This document shows, one piece after another, positions 37,794-46,201 of a stretch of 64,000 bases of DNA (positions are counted from its first letter, which is position 1; each line of letters starts with the position of its first letter). Source of the stretch: Candidatus Shapirobacteria bacterium. GTDB lineage: Bacteria > Patescibacteriota > Microgenomatia > UM-FILTER-40-11. The notes under the pieces were generated by a model. That model saw only the letters and a program-made list of their open reading frames with translations. It had not been told where the DNA came from and did not search any database. The DNA is taken from positions 1,123 to 65,122 of the forward strand of contig JAGVBK010000003.1 of the NCBI GenBank assembly GCA_020059745.1. Direction: 5' to 3'. The position numbers were made by a program, and so were the translations under genes.

Positions 37794-38418
37794 ATTGCTA
37801 AAAGTCTTACTTTTAATTTTTTTAATTGGAATTACCAGAATTCAGGAAACAAATTCATATTATCTTGACACAATAATACTTTCAGACAACACGATATCGA
37901 CAGGTTGTTGGGAAGATGATGAGCCTGGGCTTGGAGATGTGGTTATAAATGAGGTTTATTATGATGTTAGAAATGACGACAGCAAGGGAACGGAAAATAA
38001 AAATGAGTGGATTGAGCTTTACAATAGTTTGGATTATTCAGTCAGCCTTAAAAACTGGACAATAACTGATGGTCAGGGAAATATTAAAACAGTTCATCTC
38101 GAGGTATCGATTCCGGCTAAGGGGTTCGCCGTTTTGTCCCATGACCATTCTACCTGGAGTTTATATTGGCCCCTTCCGGCCGAAACAGTCACAATACAGT
38201 TGGGTGGTTCTTTGGCTTGGTTAAATAATAGCGGAGATGCTCTTACCCTAAAAGATAGTAACGGCAATGAAATAGACCTGGTTTCTTGGAAAAACTTTAT
38301 TGATGGATGGAGTTTGAACGCAACAGAGGGTGAATCGATTGTTCGCAAAGAGAAGGGAAAGGACACAAACAGTCCAGACGACTGGGAGGTATCAAGTGAG
38401 CCTAACCCTGGAGCTTAA
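37783..38418 (+). CDS. Lamin-tail-domain (LTD) secreted protein with SipW-cognate-like signal peptide
   Basis: N-terminus MKNRLLKVLLLIFLIGITRIQETNSYYLDTIILSDNTISTG. LTD motif VVINEVYYDVRNDDSKGTENKNEWIELYNSLDYSVSLKNWTITDGQGN...GDALTLKDSNGNEIDLVSW. Confidence 0.65.
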   Translation: MKNRLLKVLLLIFLIGITRIQETNSYYLDTIILSDNTISTGCWEDDEPGLGDVVINEVYYDVRNDDSKGTENKNEWIELYNSLDYSVSLKNWTITDGQGNIKTVHLEVSIPAKGFAVLSHDHSTWSLYWPLPAETVTIQLGGSLAWLNNSGDALTLKDSNGNEIDLVSWKNFIDGWSLNATEGESIVRKEKGKDTNSPDDWEVSSEPNPGA

Positions 38419-38460
38419 CTCTTTACTTTTTCGAGCCTCTCATGCTTAAATAGAATTACT

Positions 38461-39381
38461 ATGTCTGCCCTTTGGCATTTATTCTTACCTCATCACAAAA
38501 ACAATCACAAAGCTAACTTACTAAAGCCTTATTCAATTCTTTTAGTTTCCGTATTTTTTGTCTTTTTTCAGGTTTTTTTGAGCTTTTTTATGATGGCCAA
38601 TCCGGCGGTTTTGGGATATTCGGCCAATATTTCTCCTGAAAAAATAATTGAACTTACGAACCTGGAAAGAGCTGGTTTGGGCCTTTCTCCGCTTAAACAT
38701 AACGGCTTGCTTTCGGAGGCAGCCAGACAAAAGGCGGCTGACATGTTTGCCTTTAATTACTGGGCTCATGTTTCCCCTTCAGGAAGAACGCCCTGGTCTT
38801 TTTTCTCAGATGTAGGCTATAAATATCAATATGCGGGCGAAAACCTGGCCCGGGATTTTAGAGACCCTGATTCAGTAGTTCGGGCTTGGATGAACTCGCC
38901 TTCTCACCGGGAAAATATTGTCAATGGGAAATATTCGGAAATCGGGGTTGCGGTTGTAGACGGCAGCCTTCAAGGAGCGGAAACTACGCTGGTAGTCCAG
39001 CTTTTCGGCACTCCTTACGGTGCTTCTGTTCCAAAGGTTGAACAACAGCCTAAACCCGCAGAAAAACCGGCAAAGCAGCCTGAGGCTGTAGCTCAGAAGC
39101 CTGAGGAAGTTTCTGAATTAGAGCAAAGACCGGTTGCCTCAAAAGAGGTTTTATCTCAGGGAGAAAAGCTTAAGCTTTCTCCTGTTGCCAGCCCGCTTGA
39201 CCTTACTAAAGCCATGGTAATCTTTATTGTCGGCATTCTAATTGGCGCTTTTGCCGCTGATTTGATTCTTGTTTCCCATAATCACACTCCCAGGCTATCA
39301 AGCAGAAGCTTGGCACAAATGCTCTTCCTTTTCTTTGTTCTGGTTGCCACATTATTTATTAAGCAAGGAGCAATTTTATGA
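38461..39381 (+). CDS. CAP/SCP/PR-1 (YkwD-like) domain protein with N- and C-terminal TM helices
   Basis: CAP motifs (LTNLERAGLGLSPLKHNGLLSEAARQKAADM; YAGENLA; AWMNSPSHRENIVNGKYSEIGVAV). Also a Pro/Lys/Glu-rich linker and a C-terminal TM. Confidence 0.7.
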   Translation: MSALWHLFLPHHKNNHKANLLKPYSILLVSVFFVFFQVFLSFFMMANPAVLGYSANISPEKIIELTNLERAGLGLSPLKHNGLLSEAARQKAADMFAFNYWAHVSPSGRTPWSFFSDVGYKYQYAGENLARDFRDPDSVVRAWMNSPSHRENIVNGKYSEIGVAVVDGSLQGAETTLVVQLFGTPYGASVPKVEQQPKPAEKPAKQPEAVAQKPEEVSELEQRPVASKEVLSQGEKLKLSPVASPLDLTKAMVIFIVGILIGAFAADLILVSHNHTPRLSSRSLAQMLFLFFVLVATLFIKQGAIL

Positions 39382-39650
39382 AAAAACTTATTGCTGATAT
39401 GAGGGAGCACTCAAACCATTACCTGGTTTTAGTTTTTATCCTTGCTTTCGGCGCTTTGGCTTTTTTCTATTTTCAAAGAATACCCCAAGTTCAGATTCTT
39501 TCTGTTTTTATTACCGCAGTTTTTTATGTTGTTTGGGGGGTGGTCCACCATCACCTTGAGGGTGATCTTCATTTGAGGGTTGTTTTAGAGTATGCGGCGG
39601 TGGCTTTATTGGGTTTTTTAATTTTATTAACTCTAATTAAGAGGGTTTAG
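39378..39650 (+). CDS. Small membrane protein (2-3 TM)
   Basis: 90 aa, hydrophobic with an HHH cluster. Start overlaps the upstream stop (ATGA). Confidence 0.4.
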   Translation: MKKLIADMREHSNHYLVLVFILAFGALAFFYFQRIPQVQILSVFITAVFYVVWGVVHHHLEGDLHLRVVLEYAAVALLGFLILLTLIKRV

Positions 39651-39651
39651 G

Positions 39652-40368
39652 ATGAAAGGGGTTATTTTAGCCGGCGGTTTAGGCACCAGACTTTATCCTT
39701 TAACTCATGTAACCAATAAACATCTTCTTCCCGTCTACGACAAACCAATGATTTATTATCCTATTCAAACTTTAGTTAAGGCTGGGATTAATGAAGTAAT
39801 TATCGTTACCGGCGGCCCTTTTGCCGGCCATTTTTTAAATGTGCTTAAAAACGGTGGGGAATTAGGGCTTAAACATCTTGAGTATGCATACCAACAAGGA
39901 GAGGGGGGTATTGCTGCCGCCTTGGCTTTAACAGAGGATTTTGCTGACGGTGATTCAATAGCAGTTATTCTAGGCGACAATACCACTGACGCCGATATTT
40001 CCGGAGCAGTAAAAAATTTTAAAGACGGTGTTCTGGTTTTTTTAAAAAAAGTGCCTGATCCCCAGCGTTTCGGGGTAGCTGTTTTTGACCAAAATGACAA
40101 AAAAAGACTAATAAAGATTGAGGAAAAACCCAAAAAGCCAAAATCAAATTTTGCCGTAACCGGTCTTTATCTTTATGATAACAGTGTCTTTGACATCATT
40201 AAAACTTGTCGGCCTTCGGTCAGAGGAGAGCTTGAAATTACGGATGTTAACAACTGCTATCTAAAAGAGGGAAAGCTTAATTGGTCTGAGCTCAAAGGCT
40301 TTTGGTCAGATGCCGGCACTTTTGAGAGCCTATTTCGTTCCAACGCCTATTGGGCTAGTAAAAAATGA
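39652..40368 (+). CDS. Sugar-phosphate nucleotidyltransferase (glucose-1-phosphate thymidylyl/uridylyltransferase-like, short form)
   Basis: N-terminal motif MKGVILAGGLGTRLYPLTHVTNKHLLPVYDKPMIYYPIQTLVKAGI (G-x-G-T-R-L nucleotide-binding signature). 238 aa. Confidence 0.7.
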   Translation: MKGVILAGGLGTRLYPLTHVTNKHLLPVYDKPMIYYPIQTLVKAGINEVIIVTGGPFAGHFLNVLKNGGELGLKHLEYAYQQGEGGIAAALALTEDFADGDSIAVILGDNTTDADISGAVKNFKDGVLVFLKKVPDPQRFGVAVFDQNDKKRLIKIEEKPKKPKSNFAVTGLYLYDNSVFDIIKTCRPSVRGELEITDVNNCYLKEGKLNWSELKGFWSDAGTFESLFRSNAYWASKK

Positions 40369-41309
40369 CTGTTTTTAAAAGACATCCTGAAAATCCACTT
40401 ATAAAACCTAACCCCAAGCATTATTGGGAAGATGAAGCTGTTTTTAACCCCGGCGCTACTTATTTTAATAATAAGTTTTACATGCTTTACCGGGCAATTG
40501 GGGAGTATGACCACTATATTTCTTTTGTCGGGTTGGCAGTTTCAGAAGACGGGGTGCATTTTGAAAGGCAGGAAGAGCCGCTCCTAAAGCCGGAACGAGT
40601 TTATGAACAACATGGCATTGAGGACTTGCGCATTAACCCTCTTGACGGTAATTATTACCTTACCCACACAGCTTTAAGCAGGCCTGCCACCCAGGGAGGA
40701 GAACCGCACCAGGTGGGGCTTATTAGAACAGCTGATTTTGTTAAATTTGAGAGAATTGGGGTTATTACCCCAAAGGAGTTTTGCAGTCGAAATGCAGTTT
40801 TATTGCCCAGAAGGATTGACGGAAATTATGTGATGCTTCACCGCCCCCTTTATTTGACTAAGGAAAGGTATCCTAAAAACGGATATTATCCTACTGAGCC
40901 CGGAATTTGGATTTCCTATTCCAAAAATTTGGTTGATTGGGTTAATCACCAATTACTTATGGAATCTTGGTTTCCCTGGGAAAGCTTTAAGATTGGGGGT
41001 GGTCCGCCGCCGATAAGGACAGAGAGGGGTTGGCTTTTTATTTATCACGGAGTTGACCAAAACCGCTGTTACCGGGCCGGAGCAGTCCTTCTTGACCTTA
41101 ACGACCCAAGAAAGGTGATTGCCCGTTCCCGCTACCCGATTTTAGAGCCGGAGGAAGAGTATGAAAGAAAAGGAGATGTTCCCAATGTAGTTTTTCCAAC
41201 CGGGCTTGTTGAAAAAGACGGACTTCTTTATCTTTATTATGGCGCGGCAGATAAAACCTGCTGCCTGGCAACTGCGCCTCTTACAGAGTTTCTGGATTCG
41301 ATTGGCTGA
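40365..41309 (+). CDS. GH130-family glycoside hydrolase/phosphorylase (DUF377 beta-propeller glycosidase)
   Basis: 314 aa. Motifs VFNPGATYFNNKFYMLYRA, GLAVSEDGVHFER, GIEDLRINPLDGNYYLTHTA, GGGPPPIRTERGWLFIYHG are typical of GH130 mannoside phosphorylase-like five-bladed propellers. Confidence 0.6.
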   Translation: MTVFKRHPENPLIKPNPKHYWEDEAVFNPGATYFNNKFYMLYRAIGEYDHYISFVGLAVSEDGVHFERQEEPLLKPERVYEQHGIEDLRINPLDGNYYLTHTALSRPATQGGEPHQVGLIRTADFVKFERIGVITPKEFCSRNAVLLPRRIDGNYVMLHRPLYLTKERYPKNGYYPTEPGIWISYSKNLVDWVNHQLLMESWFPWESFKIGGGPPPIRTERGWLFIYHGVDQNRCYRAGAVLLDLNDPRKVIARSRYPILEPEEEYERKGDVPNVVFPTGLVEKDGLLYLYYGAADKTCCLATAPLTEFLDSIG

Positions 41310-42315
41310 CTTTTTCTTCCACAATATCAAGTTTAATTGCGGAAATATAGGCAAAAAGGAAACAGATGTTCGATTCTGCCCCCCTGTTTAGGTTAACACC
41401 ATAAGAAGTTAAACCGTCATAACAAGCAAAGTCTTCAGTAACCATGCAGGCTTTTTTAAGGTTGTTGCCAAAAAACCAGCTCCACCACATGGCTGCCTCT
41501 TTGAGGTATTTGGGGTCTTTGGTTGCTTTATAAGCCTTTTCAAGACAGCAAACCATGTAGGCAGGGTCAATTGGCTGCTGGTCGTAAAGGGCTTTTTCTC
41601 CTCCCTTGGGATACCAGCCGTTGCAGCCGATAGGGGCAGGGATATTATTGACCTTTGAAGTTTCAAGGAGAAAATCAGTTGTTCTTTGGGCAATTTCAAA
41701 AGCTTTTTTGTCTTTTCTTTTTAAGAAAACTTCCCACATTGCCCAGGGAAAAATGGCGTTTGCATAAGTTAAAATGTTTTCGAACCAGGGCCAGTCTTTG
41801 GTGGCATTTTTTTCAAACAAATCAACAAGCTTTTCAAAAAGTGTTTTTTCAAGCGGGCTTGCTTTTTCTTCTACGGTTAGGCCGATTAGGGCTTCGGACA
41901 TGGCCCGCGGAGAGTTCCAGGTCAATGCGTTTTCAGAAATACTTTTAACAATTGGGGCAAAATCTTCTTTCTTATAATTTCCGGTCTTATAAAGAGCCCA
42001 GAGAGTCATAGCGTAAGCTTCCTGAGCAGATATTGTCTTTTCGGAAGAGGAGTTGTCTTCATGCCCGCCCTTTTTTTCGTAGTAGAACTGATGTAAAAGA
42101 CCGTCTTTTCGTTTTGCTTTAGCAATAAAATCAAGGTAAATACCGCAAAGTTCCTGGTTATTGAAGGTGTGGGCTACTAAAAGCGCACGAGCCTGGTCTT
42201 CCAAAGCAAAGCCGTGAACCGGGTCAATGCGGTCGTATTTGGTGTGCTGATATATTCCCAAAGGACTGGTTAGTTGTTTAATCCGTTTTAGAGGATCAAT
42301 ACTTTCACTTTCCAT
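41281..42315 (-). CDS. Hypothetical protein, possibly an (alpha/alpha)6-barrel glycoside-hydrolase-like enzyme
   Basis: 344 aa, Trp/Tyr-rich, helical. Its 3' end overlaps GH130 convergently. Assignment is tentative. Confidence 0.25.
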   Translation of the reverse strand: MESESIDPLKRIKQLTSPLGIYQHTKYDRIDPVHGFALEDQARALLVAHTFNNQELCGIYLDFIAKAKRKDGLLHQFYYEKKGGHEDNSSSEKTISAQEAYAMTLWALYKTGNYKKEDFAPIVKSISENALTWNSPRAMSEALIGLTVEEKASPLEKTLFEKLVDLFEKNATKDWPWFENILTYANAIFPWAMWEVFLKRKDKKAFEIAQRTTDFLLETSKVNNIPAPIGCNGWYPKGGEKALYDQQPIDPAYMVCCLEKAYKATKDPKYLKEAAMWWSWFFGNNLKKACMVTEDFACYDGLTSYGVNLNRGAESNICFLFAYISAIKLDIVEEKVSQSNPETL

Positions 42316-43513
42316 AAACAGTTCTTAAGAACCTAAAGATGTCGGTGTAGGCATCTGCTACCTTGACCCAGGTCATTTTTCGTCCTAAAAGATAAGAGCT
42401 ATGGGCCATTTTTTCCCTTTCTTCCGGATTTTCAATAAGGAAGTTTAAGGCTTCAGCCAGTTTTTCGGAATTGTTAAAAGGAACTAAAATACCCCTTTTG
42501 TCGTTTAGGTGTTCTTTGGCATAGGCAAAAGGAGTGGCAACACATGCCCTGCCGCAGCCTATGGCGTAAGCAAGCGCGCCTGAAGAAATTTGCTGAGGGT
42601 TAGTGTAGGGCGCGACATAAATGTCCATGGCCTGGATAATTGAGGTGAGCTCCTGAAGCGACAGGTATTTGTTAAGGAAGTAAACTTTGTTTTTTATACC
42701 CAGTTTTTCTGTCAGCTCCACTAGGCTTTCCCTGTATTTTTCTCCCATGCTCTCCTTAACTTTAGGGTGGGTTTCTCCGGCAATAAGGCCAATGACCTCA
42801 GTGTGCTTTTCTATTACCGCAGGCAATGCCTTAATTAAATGTTCATAACCCTTATTGGGGCTAAGTAAACCAAAGCTGCCGATAATAAACTTGCCCTCAG
42901 CGTCAAGCAGGCTTTTCCAGAGTTCGGAAGAGCTGAAAGGCAAATCGGGAATTCCGTGGGGAATAATCACGATTTTACCGGGTTCAACCTCATGCTTTTT
43001 TATCAGCCTTTCTTTTGGAGTCTGCCCCATGACTACCATTACCTTAGCAATCTCAGAAAGCTCTTTCAGGATTCTTTTTTGGTTTTCTGAGGGGGTATCA
43101 AGGACTGTGTGCAGGGTAACAACAAGAGGCACTTCTAAATGCTTGGCAAAATTAAGAATATATTCTCCGTCTTTTCCTCCGAAAATGCCGTACTCGTGTT
43201 GTATGCAAACAGCGTCAAAGCCTTCTTTGTTTACGTACTGGGCAGCTTTGACATAATCTTCTTTGTTGTCGTATTCAATTTTATAAGAAACTTCCCACGG
43301 GTAGTTTGGCTTTTCCCCCCAAGGGGTAACGGCAATAATTTCAGAAAGCTTATTAGGGTTAAGAAGGTTAACGGCCGTGGTTAAGTCCTTGGTGAAAGTG
43401 GCAATTCCGCACTTGACCGGGGGATAAGTACCGACAAAAACATTTCTAATGTCTTCCTGGTTTTCCAAAACAACCGGCATTTTGTTTTTAGTGATTTTGA
43501 TTTTTGTTTCCAT
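42305..43513 (-). CDS. Glycosyltransferase family 4 (GT-B, 'glycosyl transferase group 1')
   Basis: 402 aa with a C-terminal GT4 core (GSFGLLSPNKGYEHLIKAL...E-x7-E region). GGAGG RBS and TATAAT -10 upstream on the minus strand. Confidence 0.75.
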   Translation of the reverse strand: METKIKITKNKMPVVLENQEDIRNVFVGTYPPVKCGIATFTKDLTTAVNLLNPNKLSEIIAVTPWGEKPNYPWEVSYKIEYDNKEDYVKAAQYVNKEGFDAVCIQHEYGIFGGKDGEYILNFAKHLEVPLVVTLHTVLDTPSENQKRILKELSEIAKVMVVMGQTPKERLIKKHEVEPGKIVIIPHGIPDLPFSSSELWKSLLDAEGKFIIGSFGLLSPNKGYEHLIKALPAVIEKHTEVIGLIAGETHPKVKESMGEKYRESLVELTEKLGIKNKVYFLNKYLSLQELTSIIQAMDIYVAPYTNPQQISSGALAYAIGCGRACVATPFAYAKEHLNDKRGILVPFNNSEKLAEALNFLIENPEEREKMAHSSYLLGRKMTWVKVADAYTDIFRFLRTVYGK

Positions 43514-43595
43514 AAAAAAACCTCCATAATTACTATAAGGTATTTAATTATATCAAATTAGTTCAAAAGAACAAAGTTTTAAGGCTAGTTTGAGG

Positions 43596-44327
43596 CTATC
43601 TTTCAAACTGCAAACTTAAGCCGCCGTCAACAGTTATGGTTTCACCGGTGATATAACCGGACAAAGTAATGTTGGACAAAAAGGCAACTGTGTCGGCAAT
43701 GTCTTCAGGAGCGCCGGTTTGCATGTTAAGGGGAATTCTTGGGTCTTCAACTTTTTTTTCAGTGATTCTTCCGGGAGCAATGCCGTTAACCCTGATTCCG
43801 TATTTTCCCAAATCATAAGCCAGTTCTTTTACCGTCATAATAACCGCGCTTTTGGTAGAAGAGTAATCAGCGTTTCCGCTGGGGATTTTTCCGTGGATGG
43901 AGGAGATAAAGATAATGGTGCCTTTTATCTTTTTTTCAATCATTATTTTAGCTGCTTCCTGGGAAAGAAAAAAAGGAGCAATTAAGTTGGTTTTGACTGA
44001 TTTTTCTAAGTCTTTAAGCTCCATTTCTAAAAATTCTTTCCCTGAACCAATGCCTACATTATTAACAAGAATGTCAAGCCTGCCGAATTTTTCCAGAGCC
44101 CCACTTGTAAGTTCTTTGCGGTATTCTTCTGAGGTAATATCTCCACAGGAGAAATAAAGGCTCTTTTCTTTGGTTTCACTTTTAAAAGCATCTATTAAAT
44201 CTTCATTAATGTCATTTACCAAAACAACGGCTCCCTTATCTATAAGTTTTAAGGCAATTTTTTTGCCAATGCCGCTGCCACCTCCGGTGACTATGGCAAC
44301 TTGGTTTTTAAGGCTTTTATCCTCCAT
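43596..44327 (-). CDS. SDR-family oxidoreductase (FabG-like)
   Basis: Motifs VAIVTGGGSGIGKKIA (TGxxxGxG), NNVG, and catalytic S...YxxxK (YSSTKSAV). Confidence 0.85.
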   Translation of the reverse strand: MEDKSLKNQVAIVTGGGSGIGKKIALKLIDKGAVVLVNDINEDLIDAFKSETKEKSLYFSCGDITSEEYRKELTSGALEKFGRLDILVNNVGIGSGKEFLEMELKDLEKSVKTNLIAPFFLSQEAAKIMIEKKIKGTIIFISSIHGKIPSGNADYSSTKSAVIMTVKELAYDLGKYGIRVNGIAPGRITEKKVEDPRIPLNMQTGAPEDIADTVAFLSNITLSGYITGETITVDGGLSLQFER

Positions 44328-44365
44328 ATATTGATTTTACCATTTGTTGTATAATTGCTACACCA

Positions 44366-45409
44366 ATGAACGTTTTAGTTACCGGCGGCGCTGGTTTTAT
44401 AGGTTCAAACTTCATTTCTTTTTGGCTTGAAAAATATCCCCAAGATAAAATTATTAACCTTGATAAGCTTACATATGCCGGCAACCTTTCTTCTTTAAGG
44501 GAAGCACAAAAAAACAAAAACTACAAATTTGTTAAAGGTGACATTTGTGAGGCAAACCTAATTGATAAACTAACAAAAGATATTGACTTAATTGTTCATT
44601 TTGCTGCTGAATCGCATGTTGACCGTTCCATACTTGGGCCTCAGGTTTTTGTGCAGACTAATGTAATCGGCACTCAGGTGCTTTTGGATGCTGCTCTGCG
44701 CAACAAAGTAAAACGGTTTCATTATGTCAGCACTGATGAGGTTTTTGGCGCTTTGCCGGACAAAGGGGAAGAGAAGTTCTGCGAAGACTGGCCTTTTCGG
44801 CCTAACTCTCCTTACGCAGCTTCAAAAGCTGCAGCCGACTGCTTGGTTAGGGCTTATTGCCAAACTTTTGGTTTGCCGGTAAGCGTTACTAACTGTTCAA
44901 ATAATTACGGTCCATACCAGTTTCCGGAAAAACTAATTCCTTTGGCAATTACAAACCTTATGGAGGAGAAAAAAGTGCCTGTTTACGGCGATGGTATGCA
45001 GGTTAGGGATTGGCTTTATGTTAAAGATCACTGCCAGGCAATTGATTTAATAGTTCATGATTCTGATTCAGTTGGAGAAACTTATTGTATTGGCGGCTTA
45101 AACAAAGACATTCCCAATCTTGAAGTAATAAAAAAAATTTTGAAAATTATGGAGGCAAAGGAGTCTGAGATTGAATATGTAAAAGACAGGCCTGGTCACG
45201 ACAGAAGATATAGCGTTGATTGGATAAAAGTTTCAAAAAAGCTGGGGTGGAGACCGGAAAACGATTTTGACACTTGGCTTGAGAAAACCGTTAAGTGGTA
45301 CAGAAACAACACTAACTGGTGGAAACCACTTAAGGAAAAACAAAAAGAATACTTTAAAAAACAATACTCTTCAGAGGAAAAGAAAAAAATTAAGAATTGT
45401 CGTTTTTAA
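44366..45409 (+). CDS. rfbB: dTDP-glucose 4,6-dehydratase
   Basis: [16 protein letters not shown]..., extended-SDR YAASKAAAD (YxxxK), 347 aa. A TATAAT -10 box at 44350-44355 lies only 10 nt before the ATG. Confidence 0.88.
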   Translation: MNVLVTGGAGFIGSNFISFWLEKYPQDKIINLDKLTYAGNLSSLREAQKNKNYKFVKGDICEANLIDKLTKDIDLIVHFAAESHVDRSILGPQVFVQTNVIGTQVLLDAALRNKVKRFHYVSTDEVFGALPDKGEEKFCEDWPFRPNSPYAASKAAADCLVRAYCQTFGLPVSVTNCSNNYGPYQFPEKLIPLAITNLMEEKKVPVYGDGMQVRDWLYVKDHCQAIDLIVHDSDSVGETYCIGGLNKDIPNLEVIKKILKIMEAKESEIEYVKDRPGHDRRYSVDWIKVSKKLGWRPENDFDTWLEKTVKWYRNNTNWWKPLKEKQKEYFKKQYSSEEKKKIKNCRF

Positions 45410-46118
45410 GAAGATCGGGCCGGTTTTCTTTTGTTTTTTCCAGGGCTTTTTGTTTTCTCCACTTTTCTATTTCAGCATGATTGCCGGAAAGAAGCACTTT
45501 GGGCACTTTAAGGCCACGGAAATCCTCAGGATGGGTGTATTGGGGATACTCTAACATTAATTTTAAATCTTGCCTGTCGGCAGACAGGTTTTTAATTTTT
45601 AATTTTAAACTATCAGAGAATGATTCATTTTGGGTTGCTTCGGGTTTTTCAAGAACTCCGGGAATTAATCTCACGATTGAATCAACTAAAACCATGGCTG
45701 GGATTTCGCCGCCGGTTAAAACATAGTCGCCGATACTGATTTCCTCATCAATAAAATTCATTACTCTTTCGTCAATCCCTTCATAACGGCCACAAATTAG
45801 GATTAAATGTTTTTTTTGGGAATATTCTTTGGCTTTTTTTTGTTGCCAGACTTTCCCCCTTGGACTAAGAAGAACCACTAAAGATTCTTTGGTTTTTAGC
45901 TCCTCAATTGCCTTAACGATAGGCTCTGCCATCATTACCATGCCGACCCCTCCGCCGTAAGGCCGGTCATCAACAGTTCCCCTTTTGTCGGTGGTCCATT
46001 TTCTTAAGTTGTGAAGGTTTATTTCTGCCAGTGATTTTTCCTGCGCCCGTTTAACAATGCTTTCGCCAAAAGGACCTTTAAACATTTCCGGAAACAGGGT
46101 AATGATATCTATTTTCAT
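45390..46118 (-). CDS. trmD: tRNA (guanine37-N1)-methyltransferase
   Basis: [13 protein letters not shown]...; SPOUT-fold motifs ([24 protein letters not shown]). 242 aa. Confidence 0.92.
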   Translation of the reverse strand: MKIDIITLFPEMFKGPFGESIVKRAQEKSLAEINLHNLRKWTTDKRGTVDDRPYGGGVGMVMMAEPIVKAIEELKTKESLVVLLSPRGKVWQQKKAKEYSQKKHLILICGRYEGIDERVMNFIDEEISIGDYVLTGGEIPAMVLVDSIVRLIPGVLEKPEATQNESFSDSLKLKIKNLSADRQDLKLMLEYPQYTHPEDFRGLKVPKVLLSGNHAEIEKWRKQKALEKTKENRPDLLKNDNS

Positions 46119-46161
46119 CTCTTGTTTATTTTAACACGGCAGTTATGCTATATTTAAATTA

Positions 46162-46177
46162 TGGAGGCAATATTGCC
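46162..46177. promoter_or_regulatory. Perfect 16-bp palindrome GAGGCAATATTGCCTC in the trmD/GT2 divergent region (candidate operator)
   Basis: Perfect dyad symmetry, read directly from the sequence. It lies between the trmD start (46118, -) and the GT2 start (46202, +). Confidence 0.4.
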
Positions 46178-46201
46178 TCTATAGTTCTTGAAAGGAAAAA
46201 A

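Noticed and set aside
45565-45585. Palindrome CCTGTC-GGCA-GACAGG
   Set aside because: Located inside trmD coding sequence, and no regulatory context.
46145-46201. Track start (MLYLNYGG...) for the GT2-GtrA gene
   Set aside because: The N-terminal extension would translate through the 16-bp perfect palindrome and lacks an RBS. The ATG at 46202 has an RBS and a typical GT2 N-terminus.
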